DNA from: an uncultured archaeon
GTDB lineage: Archaea; Iainarchaeota; Iainarchaeia; Iainarchaeales; CSSED10-239
Direction: 5' to 3'
DNA length: 32,000 nucleotides
Assembly (NCBI GenBank): GCA_964586355.1
Contig: CAZPGO010000043.1
Coordinates: 10,427 to 42,426 of the forward strand
In this document: piece by piece, positions 18,473-25,411 of the stretch
Layout of the letters: every line of letters starts with the position of its first letter
Position numbering within the stretch: position 1 is the stretch's first letter
Program-made: the position numbers and the translations under genes
Notes under the pieces: generated by a model
Told to the model about the DNA's origin: nothing
Databases searched by the model: none
Seen by the model: only the letters and a program-made list of their open reading frames with translations

Positions 18473-18880
18473 TTACTTATGGAATTTTCTTTCAACATCG
18501 TCTATTAAAATATCACATTCTGCTTTTATTTTTTCTAGATTCTTAATTATTCTTATTTTTTCTAATTCGATTGTTTGAATATTTTCAAAAGTTTCTATAG
18601 CTTGTTTAAACATTCCATAGTCAACATAACTATATTCATAGCTATTCATTTTTTTACAAATTGTTTCTACAATTTGACCTAAAAACAAGTTCATTTCTTT
18701 TTTTACTATTCCTTTTATTTGCTTATGAGGATCTAAACTTTTTCTCATTAGTCTTACAACCGTTGCATTAGGGAAAGGCAATTTTTCATCATCTAATTCT
18801 TCTTCTTCACTATCTTCTAATACCTCGTCTAAGTCTTCTCCTTCTAATTCTGCTTTTGTTTTATCTATTTCATCAGTCAT
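18473..18880 (-). CDS. Histone-fold protein (CBF/NF-Y/archaeal-histone family) with acidic N-terminal tail and helical C-terminal extension
   Basis: 135-aa ORF. The core LPFPNATVVRLMRKSLDPHKQIKGIVKKEMNLFLGQIVETICKKMN...VDYGMFKQAI aligns by eye with NF-YB/Dr1/archaeal histone helices a1-L1-a2-L2-a3. The first ~33 residues are strongly acidic (EGEDLDEVLEDSEEEELDDE). Confidence 0.65.
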   Translation of the reverse strand: MTDEIDKTKAELEGEDLDEVLEDSEEEELDDEKLPFPNATVVRLMRKSLDPHKQIKGIVKKEMNLFLGQIVETICKKMNSYEYSYVDYGMFKQAIETFENIQTIELEKIRIIKNLEKIKAECDILIDDVERKFHK

Positions 18881-19026
18881 ATAAATTACCTCTTTTTTAT
18901 AAAAATAGTTATAATATTCTATAATATATATAGGTATAGAAGGCTTTAAATATGTATTTTTTAAGAATTTTTTCCTTAAAAAACTGATAAAAATAGCTAC
19001 TTAAAATTAGTTAATTTAAAATAAAT

Positions 19027-19049
19027 AAAAAATAAAAAAAATAAAAAAA
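19027..19049 (-). terminator. Oligo-T termination signal for the acidic mini-ORF unit
   Basis: On the minus strand, a T7 run (19043-19049) and a T8 run (19034-19041) begin about 23 nt after the stop of mini-ORF A. Archaeal RNA polymerase terminates at oligo-T tracts. Confidence 0.35.
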
Positions 19050-19071
19050 GTTCAAATAAAGACCTTAGTAA

Positions 19072-19170
19072 TTATTCGTCTTCTTCATCATCATATTCTT
19101 CATCATCATAATCGAAGTCTTCTTCTTCTTCATCACTATATGCCACATAATAGTTTTTATCTAAACTCAT
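19072..19170 (-). CDS. Hyper-acidic mini-protein A (32 aa)
   Basis: ATG..TAA frame translated by hand: MSLDKNYYVAYSDEEEEDFDYDDEEYDDEEDE. GGGTGAG (SD) ends 4 nt before the ATG. It lies 17 nt downstream of mini-ORF B. It is absent from the track only because it is under 60 aa. Confidence 0.5.
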   Translation of the reverse strand: MSLDKNYYVAYSDEEEEDFDYDDEEYDDEEDE

Positions 19171-19187
19171 ATGTCTCACCCTTTTTT

Positions 19188-19352
19188 TTATTCATCACTG
19201 TCTGAGTCGATCTCATCAAAGTCGTAGTCGTCATCATTTTCGAAATCTCTGTCTATGTCATTAATGTTATCGTCTTCAACAACTTTTTCATCGCCGTCGT
19301 AATCATAGTCATCTAAGTTATAATCGTCTGACAACTGGTATATATTTTTCAT
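19188..19352 (-). CDS. Hyper-acidic mini-protein B (54 aa)
   Basis: ATG..TAA frame translated by hand: MKNIYQLSDDYNLDDYDYDGDEKVVEDDNINDIDRDFENDDDYDFDEIDSDSDE. GTGAGGAG (SD) ends 4 nt before the ATG, and a TATA-like box lies about 30 nt upstream. Confidence 0.55.
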   Translation of the reverse strand: MKNIYQLSDDYNLDDYDYDGDEKVVEDDNINDIDRDFENDDDYDFDEIDSDSDE

Positions 19353-19382
19353 CTAACTCCTCACAATTTATTTTTTAGTTGC

Positions 19383-19390
19383 TATAAATA
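19383..19390 (-). promoter_or_regulatory. TATA-box-like element upstream of mini-ORF B
   Basis: The minus strand reads TTATTTATAGC, with the TTTATA hexamer about 30 nt upstream of the ORF B ATG. This leaves room for a short SD-containing leader. Confidence 0.3.
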
Positions 19391-19522
19391 ATTTGTTATG
19401 GTACCATAATATTTAAAAATATGTACTAAAACTCAAATTACAAGATATATTTATATATGTTTTGTTGTCTTTAAAAAACAGATTTTAAAAATAGATTGCA
19501 GCAAATATATGTATGATCTACT

Positions 19523-20458
19523 ATGGTTCTTAAAAAAAACATTTATTTTCCACCTGATTTTCTAGAAAAATATAAAAAGATTCTAAAAGAGAAAGATTTT
19601 GAAAGATTTATTGATTCTTGCTCTGTAAGATTAACAAAAGCTATAAGAATAAACAAACTAAAAGTTAATTCTATTGATGAGATTGAGATATTAAAAGAGC
19701 TTAATCTAAAAGAAACACCATACATAAAAGACACATATTTTATTTTATCAACTGTTTCAGCTATAGGTAACACTGTTGAACAATTAAATGGATTATTTCA
19801 AATTCAAGAAGTATCTTCATTATTACCAGTTATTGTTTTAAATCCAAGACCTAAGGATATTATTTTAGATCTAACTGCAGCACCTGGTAATAAAACAACC
19901 TATATTGCTGAAAAAATGAATAATACTGGTTTAATTATTGCTAATGAAATAGATACTAAAAGAATAAAGACATTAATCTATGCTCTTAAAAAATTAGGTG
20001 TAACTAATACTATTGTAACTAATTTTGATGGGAGAACATTTGATTTAAATATAAAATTTGATAAGATCTTATTAGATGCTCCTTGTAGTTGTGAAGGAGA
20101 GATTAAAAAAAATAAAGATGTTTTAAAAAGCTGGAGTGAAAAATTGGTTCTATCTAAATCAAAATTACAAAAAGAGTTAATCCTTAATGCTTTTGATCAA
20201 CTTAAACAAGGAGGAATATTAGTATATTCTACTTGTACTCTTTCTCCTGAGGAAAATGAAGAGGTTATTGATTATTTGATTAAAAAGAGAAAAAAACTTT
20301 CTATTGAAAGAATAAGTATCCCTAACTTAAATTATAAAGAGGGGTTGGAAAAATATAAATTAAAAACATACTCTCCAGAAGTTAAAAAATCTATAAGAAT
20401 TTGGCCTCAACTTACTGACTTAGAGGGCTTTTATATCTGTAAAATAAAAAAGGAATAA
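19523..20458 (+). CDS. NOL1/NOP2/Sun-family RNA cytosine-C5 methyltransferase (RsmF/Trm4-like)
   Basis: 311-aa ORF. The SAM-binding block is DLTAAPGNKTT. The catalytic Cys motifs are DAPCSCEG (motif IV, PC) and YSTCTLSPEENE (motif VI, TC). The N-terminal pre-methyltransferase domain ends in RINKLK. Confidence 0.85.
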   Translation: MVLKKNIYFPPDFLEKYKKILKEKDFERFIDSCSVRLTKAIRINKLKVNSIDEIEILKELNLKETPYIKDTYFILSTVSAIGNTVEQLNGLFQIQEVSSLLPVIVLNPRPKDIILDLTAAPGNKTTYIAEKMNNTGLIIANEIDTKRIKTLIYALKKLGVTNTIVTNFDGRTFDLNIKFDKILLDAPCSCEGEIKKNKDVLKSWSEKLVLSKSKLQKELILNAFDQLKQGGILVYSTCTLSPEENEEVIDYLIKKRKKLSIERISIPNLNYKEGLEKYKLKTYSPEVKKSIRIWPQLTDLEGFYICKIKKE

Positions 20459-20461
20459 ATT

Positions 20462-20944
20462 ATGTTTGTCTTATGTACAAAAAAAGAGTTAGAAAAAACA
20501 AAAAATTTTTTATATTCTAGATTTGGAATTAATAAAAATTACCTAAATAATTTTCTTTGTTATAAATATAAAAAAAGCTTATTTTTAATAACTAATGATA
20601 AAAAAGAGATCATACAAAAACTCATTTTTAAAAAAAACATAAGATCTCTAGGAATTGAAATTTTTTGCGATCTTAGACAATTAATTCCTAGTTCTTTAGG
20701 TTTTGGTGGTGTTTTAAAAATAGAGCAAATAAAAAGCAACTTTCTGATCTTAAATAGAGAACAAGCAATTTCTTTTTTTGAAAATGAAAATATTGATGCA
20801 AAAAAAATAGAATCTAAAAATTTATTGTCTTCTGGTTATGTTATTGGTATTTATAATAAAAAGATTATTGGAACACTTTATTATGATAAACTAAAAGAGA
20901 TGTGCACACCTAATCTTTCTTTTGAAAATAAAAATATTAAATAA
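20462..20944 (+). CDS. Hypothetical protein, possibly the PUA-like RNA-binding domain partner of the preceding methyltransferase
   Basis: 160-aa ORF in the same reading frame as the methyltransferase, separated from it only by TAA plus ATT. AGGA lies 7 nt before its ATG. The size and the SSGYVIGIYNKKIIGTLYY pattern are compatible with PUA-like C-terminal domains of RsmF-type enzymes. This is inference only. Confidence 0.4.
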   Translation: MFVLCTKKELEKTKNFLYSRFGINKNYLNNFLCYKYKKSLFLITNDKKEIIQKLIFKKNIRSLGIEIFCDLRQLIPSSLGFGGVLKIEQIKSNFLILNREQAISFFENENIDAKKIESKNLLSSGYVIGIYNKKIIGTLYYDKLKEMCTPNLSFENKNIK

Positions 20945-20945
20945 T

Positions 20946-21815
20946 TTAGATCTCTCTAGTAATAAATTCTTTTATCTTTTTTTGAATAAGATCGCTATCA
21001 ACATCTAATGGTATTTGATGAGAAGAACTTTGCACAATAAATCTTTCTGCATTATCACTAGAGACTTTTTCTAAAATGGCATTTACATTACTTAATGGAA
21101 CAATAACATCTTTTTTACTATGAATTACTAGTATTGGAGAGGTTATTTTTTTTAGACCTTTGTTTGTGATATTTATTAAAACTAATAATTCTTTTAATGC
21201 ATGATAAGATAAAGAATCATAAGTGTCTATATATTTAATTAGTTTTTCTGTTTTTGAAATTTTTATATTATTATCAAATATTTTTTTATATATATTATTT
21301 ATTACTAATTTAGTGGTGTCAATAGAATCTTTCTTTTTAAGTTTAGATGCTTTTTCTATTTCCTTAATTATTTTTCTAACACTTAGATCATTTAATCTCC
21401 ATTGTTCTTTTATTTTTGTGGTTATAAATTTTAGATCTAGAAGATCAATAGGAGAAGAGATAGTTATGATTTTATAAGGAGAAATTTTTTTAGAGATCTG
21501 CAGTGCTATAGTTCCACCCATTGAAAATCCAATAATTACTACTTTTTTGTATATACTATTAAGATATTCATAAACATTATTAGCACAAGTTACCCAATCG
21601 CTATACTTTTTTCTATCTGTGTCTTCTATTTGTGTGCCATGCCCTGGCAATAAAGGAGCATAAACATCAAAATCTTCCTTTAAATAATCGCCTAGTGGTA
21701 TTAGCTCTTTTGGGCTTGCTGCAAAGCCATGTATTAGTAAACAAGCGATTTCTTTTGCTTTTTTTTCTTTGTACTTATAACCACCACACAAAAGATTCTC
21801 AACATCTGCACTCAT
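20946..21815 (-). CDS. Alpha/beta-hydrolase (carboxylesterase/lysophospholipase-like)
   Basis: 289-aa ORF. It has the HGFAASP oxyanion region, the nucleophile elbow GFSMGG, the acid site HSKKDVIVP and the His site SSSHQIPLD. A cap insertion of about 100 aa lies between the Ser and Asp. Confidence 0.8.
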   Translation of the reverse strand: MSADVENLLCGGYKYKEKKAKEIACLLIHGFAASPKELIPLGDYLKEDFDVYAPLLPGHGTQIEDTDRKKYSDWVTCANNVYEYLNSIYKKVVIIGFSMGGTIALQISKKISPYKIITISSPIDLLDLKFITTKIKEQWRLNDLSVRKIIKEIEKASKLKKKDSIDTTKLVINNIYKKIFDNNIKISKTEKLIKYIDTYDSLSYHALKELLVLINITNKGLKKITSPILVIHSKKDVIVPLSNVNAILEKVSSDNAERFIVQSSSHQIPLDVDSDLIQKKIKEFITREI

Positions 21816-21841
21816 TATTTAATCACAAATTAAAAATTATA

Positions 21842-21916
21842 TGGGAGAGGCAGGATTCGAACCTGCGACCTCTCGATTATCAGTCGAGTGCTCCAACCAG
21901 ACTAAGCTACACTCCC
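21842..21916 (-). tRNA. tRNA-Ile, anticodon GAU
   Basis: The reverse complement folds as a 75-nt cloverleaf: GGGAGTG-TA-GCTT-AGTCTGGTTG-GAGC-A-CTCGA-CTGATAA-TCGAG-AGGTC-GCAGG-TTCGAAT-CCTGC-CTCTCCC-A. No CCA is encoded. There is a U6-U67 mismatch in the acceptor stem. Confidence 0.9.
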
Positions 21917-22025
21917 ATCTTAAATATAAAAACAGTAAATAAATATATTAATACAAAAACAAATAAAAACCCTTTGCTTTTTATTTACAAAAAGTAATTC
22001 CTTTTTAAAAATTACTACTTATAGA

Positions 22026-22036
22026 TTATATATAAA
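22026..22036 (+). promoter_or_regulatory. TATA-box-like element for tRNA-Gln
   Basis: TTATATATAAA is centred about 29 nt upstream of the mature 5' end of tRNA-Gln at 22060. Confidence 0.35.
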
Positions 22037-22059
22037 TCTAGTTTTATTAAACAGGATTT

Positions 22060-22132
22060 AGCCCGATAGTGTAGAGGCCAAGCATGCAAGGCTTTGAACC
22101 TTGCGACAGGAGTTCGAATCTCCTTCGGGCTA
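22060..22132 (+). tRNA. tRNA-Gln, anticodon UUG
   Basis: 73-nt cloverleaf: AGCCCGA-TA-GTGT-AGAGGCCAA-GCAT-G-CAAGG-CTTTGAA-CCTTG-CGAC-AGGAG-TTCGAAT-CTCCT-TCGGGCT-A. The 7-bp acceptor stem is perfect and a T-run follows the gene. Confidence 0.9.
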
Positions 22133-22138
22133 TTTTAT

Positions 22139-22375
22139 TTAATTAAGATCAATTATTTCTGAATCGTTATTAGAATCTAACAACTCATCTAAAGAATCTA
22201 ATTCTTCTAGTTCCTTATTTAGATTATCTACATCAATATTTTCTGGACCCAAACTCTCTTTATTTTCTGATAGATCTTCTGAGTCTGTATTGTTCTTGCC
22301 AACTAATAAAACAAAAGAAGCTATAATAATAACTAAAATTATTACAACAGCTATTATTAATTTTAATTTCTTCAT
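22139..22375 (-). CDS. Small membrane-anchored acidic protein
   Basis: 78-aa ORF. It has an N-terminal TM helix (LKLIIAVVIILVIIIASFVLLV) followed by an Asp/Glu/Asn/Leu-rich tail. It is the last gene of the co-directional envelope cluster. Confidence 0.55.
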   Translation of the reverse strand: MKKLKLIIAVVIILVIIIASFVLLVGKNNTDSEDLSENKESLGPENIDVDNLNKELEELDSLDELLDSNNDSEIIDLN

Positions 22376-22388
22376 ATTTTTAACCCCC

Positions 22389-24197
22389 TTATTTAATATT
22401 CTCTAAAGATTTTTTAATATTCTGATATCTTAATAAAAGCGCATCTATTTTTTCTTTCGAAAGTTCACTCTTATTTGTTTTTTCAATATCTTCTTTTAAA
22501 AGAGAAATTTCTTCTTTAATCTCGGAATATTTAGTAGACTGTTTTAGATATTTTTCTACAATTTCATTTAATCTATCTGTGTTTTTTGACAGGATCTTTA
22601 AATTTGAAGAAAGTCTTGCATTTATCTCTTCTTTTCTTGCAAGAATTATAATTTCTTTTAATTGATCAGCAGTCAAAGCTAGATCTAAAGAGTCTTTTGT
22701 TTTCTCTAATTTTGCAATTTGCTCTTGCAAATCATTAATATTTTCTTCATTTTGATTTGTAAAAGATATTTTTTCTAAAAGTTTTCTATGATTTAAAATT
22801 CTGTTTTCTAATCTGTTTTTTGCATGATCTGATAATATAATAGAATTTTCATAAATTAGATCTGTTTTTTCTAAAGCATTCTTTTTTGCAAAAACTTGTT
22901 TTAAATTCTCGATTTCTGATCTTTGATTTTCTACTTGTTTTTTTAATTCTGACTTTTCTTGTTCTAATTCTTGTATTCTTTGTTTTAATTTTTCTTCTTG
23001 ACTTTGGTTTATTTGCTCTCTAGTTATATTAGACTCGCAATTAACCATTTCTAATTTGTTTTTATAAAACTTAATTTTTTCTTCTAATAAATAAATTTCC
23101 TCTCTATTAGTTGTTTTTTGTATTTGTGTATTTAATTGATCTAAAGCAGATAATATTTCTTTTTTTTCCACACAATCATTTTTTTCAATAGATTGAATTG
23201 AAATTTCTTTTTGAGAATTACAATTATTTTTTATTTGCTCTATTTTTTTAAAAATAAATGCGTGTCTTGTAATTAATAGTTCTAGCTCTTTTATTTTGTC
23301 TCCATCTGACTGAACCAAAGTTTCGGATTTTAATAACTTAATTTGTTCTTTTAATCTCATTTCTTCTTCTAAAAGATAATTTGGAATTTCACAAATAGAG
23401 GTGAAATTTTTTCCAGTACATTCTTTTATTAAAGCATTTCTTTTTTCTATAAGAGCAGATAATTTTGTAATATCTTCTTTATGTTGTTCTTTAAAGACTA
23501 CAACCTCTTCTTTGATTTTTTGCAAATTATCACTTGCATTTTCAAAATTGTTTTTTTCTTCAACACAATAATCTTCTAAAGAATTTAGTTCTTCAGGGAT
23601 TTGCTCAAAAACAAAATTTTGGGATTCCATTTCTTTTAATTTATTTTCTAAACTATCTATAGTAAAATCAGTTTCAGAAACTATGCTTTGATCGTCTTTT
23701 AAAATAGGTGCATCTGTAGAAACTGTTTTTGAAAGTGATTTTGAGGATAATATTAAATTTCCGGTTATATTTGTGGTGCCATAATTATTAGCAACAGGTG
23801 CATCATTCTTAAGCCTATATGCTTTTTTTAAACAAACCATATAAGATTCATAAGCTGCTTTATAATTTCTGTTTTGATTTCTAAAAGAATTGCTTATTTC
23901 TTCTGTTTTTTGTAGTTTTATTCTTATTTCATCTATTTCTTTTTTAAGTTGATCTAATTTTTCTTTACAACTATTATTATTGCTTGTTTCCAAAACTTCA
24001 CAGGGAAAAAACTCACAATTATTTGTTGGATCTCTTGATACAAAAGAACCGTCTGGACATTCTTTAACATCCATTGTACAAACTAATGGATTTTCTAAAT
24101 TTTCTGCATCTGTATTTTCTAGAGCAGTATTTTCATTAGCATATATTTGTGATGCTATCAAAAATAGAAAAAAAATTGTAAAAATTATTTTTTTCAT
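22389..24197 (-). CDS. Secreted long coiled-coil protein with N-terminal 4-Cys module
   Basis: The track ORF starts at 24212 (MEARNM...), but those first codons spell ATGGAGGCAAGAAAC. This places a perfect GGAGG 8 nt before the second ATG (24195-24197), which gives a canonical signal peptide, MKKIIFTIFFLFLIASQIYA. The rest is heptad-rich and Lys/Glu/Leu/Asn-dominated. Confidence 0.65.
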   Translation of the reverse strand: MKKIIFTIFFLFLIASQIYANENTALENTDAENLENPLVCTMDVKECPDGSFVSRDPTNNCEFFPCEVLETSNNNSCKEKLDQLKKEIDEIRIKLQKTEEISNSFRNQNRNYKAAYESYMVCLKKAYRLKNDAPVANNYGTTNITGNLILSSKSLSKTVSTDAPILKDDQSIVSETDFTIDSLENKLKEMESQNFVFEQIPEELNSLEDYCVEEKNNFENASDNLQKIKEEVVVFKEQHKEDITKLSALIEKRNALIKECTGKNFTSICEIPNYLLEEEMRLKEQIKLLKSETLVQSDGDKIKELELLITRHAFIFKKIEQIKNNCNSQKEISIQSIEKNDCVEKKEILSALDQLNTQIQKTTNREEIYLLEEKIKFYKNKLEMVNCESNITREQINQSQEEKLKQRIQELEQEKSELKKQVENQRSEIENLKQVFAKKNALEKTDLIYENSIILSDHAKNRLENRILNHRKLLEKISFTNQNEENINDLQEQIAKLEKTKDSLDLALTADQLKEIIILARKEEINARLSSNLKILSKNTDRLNEIVEKYLKQSTKYSEIKEEISLLKEDIEKTNKSELSKEKIDALLLRYQNIKKSLENIK

Positions 24198-24218
24198 GTT
24201 TCTTGCCTCCATAATATT

Positions 24219-25409
24219 TTATTCAAATTTCAAGAAATCTATGATTTCTTTATATAATTTTAAAAATTTTGGTTGAGTTGCAATTTTTGGAATTAATGGC
24301 ATAATAAAATCAATATTGCCATGTTTTTCTAAAAAGTGTTCTATACCAGAATTTTTTAACTTTAATAAAATGTATTCTAACTCCTCATGATCTTTACTTA
24401 TAAGATATTTATGAATCTTGTAATGAAGATTAAGATTTGATAAATGCTTAGATAATAACTTATTATAATTTTCAATCTCTTTAAAATCCTTAAATCTTAG
24501 AGCAATAGTGTTTGCAGCTTCTTCAGCTGATAACAAACCAAAAATCAGCCCTCCACCAGTTGTGGCTTTTAATAAAGAGCCAGCATCTCCTACTAATAAT
24601 TTGTTTTTTTCAACAAATGTTTTGTCTTTAAGGTTTGTTATAGGAATGATTCCTGAACAATTAAATTGAATATTTTTTAAATCCAAACCCGATTTTTCTA
24701 AAAATAGATCAAAAGCAAGCTTAGGGTTTTGAGTGATATTTGTTCCAACACCAATTTCTGCTTGTGTTCTTGATATTGGTATAATCCAACCAAAAAAGTC
24801 TTTTGAAAAGTCTCCAAAATATACAGAGACCATATCTTTTCTAAAATCTCCTTGGGCATTTACTTGATAAGTAATAATATAGTCAGAAATATCTTTTTTT
24901 TCTAAAAAACTTTCTCTTACTATAGAGTTTGGTCCATCTGCACCTATTAAAAAATCATATTTAATAGTGAGATATTTGTTTGCTTGTTTATCGTCTATAA
25001 CTATTTCTTCATCATTTATAAAAGAAACCTTATGATTTAATTTAATATCTACTCCAATCTCTTGTGCTAATAAAAAAATTTCTTTTTCAAAATTTTCTCT
25101 ATCAATTAAAAAAGTTTGAAATCTTTCTGTGCATATTTTTAGTTTTGCTTTATTTGGTCCAAAAATATATGCCCCTCTAATCTTATTTACTAAAAATTTA
25201 TCTAAGTTTAATAAAGAGGATAAATATAATTTTCTATACCCTGAAATTGATATGTGACCTGCACAACAAGAACTTTTACCAATTTCTTTATTTTTTTCTA
25301 ATAAGGTAACACAAACTCTAGGGTTTTGTTTTTTTATTAGATATGCACAGTAAAGCCCTACTGGTCCCCCACCAACAATTACAACTCTTTTTTCTAATCC
25401 TTCTATCAT
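24219..25409 (-). CDS. Geranylgeranyl reductase family flavoprotein (archaeal lipid/prenyl reductase)
   Basis: 396-aa ORF. It has the N-terminal FAD fold VVIVGGGPVGLYCAYL, the GADGPNS block and the GDAGSLLKATTGGG block typical of the GGR family. Confidence 0.85.
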   Translation of the reverse strand: MIEGLEKRVVIVGGGPVGLYCAYLIKKQNPRVCVTLLEKNKEIGKSSCCAGHISISGYRKLYLSSLLNLDKFLVNKIRGAYIFGPNKAKLKICTERFQTFLIDRENFEKEIFLLAQEIGVDIKLNHKVSFINDEEIVIDDKQANKYLTIKYDFLIGADGPNSIVRESFLEKKDISDYIITYQVNAQGDFRKDMVSVYFGDFSKDFFGWIIPISRTQAEIGVGTNITQNPKLAFDLFLEKSGLDLKNIQFNCSGIIPITNLKDKTFVEKNKLLVGDAGSLLKATTGGGLIFGLLSAEEAANTIALRFKDFKEIENYNKLLSKHLSNLNLHYKIHKYLISKDHEELEYILLKLKNSGIEHFLEKHGNIDFIMPLIPKIATQPKFLKLYKEIIDFLKFE

Positions 25410-25411
25410 TT

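Noticed and set aside
21632-21997. 121-aa plus-strand ORF from the track
   Set aside because: It runs antisense through the start of the alpha/beta-hydrolase gene and straight across the tRNA-Ile(GAU) gene, so it is an artefact of the stop-poor tRNA region.
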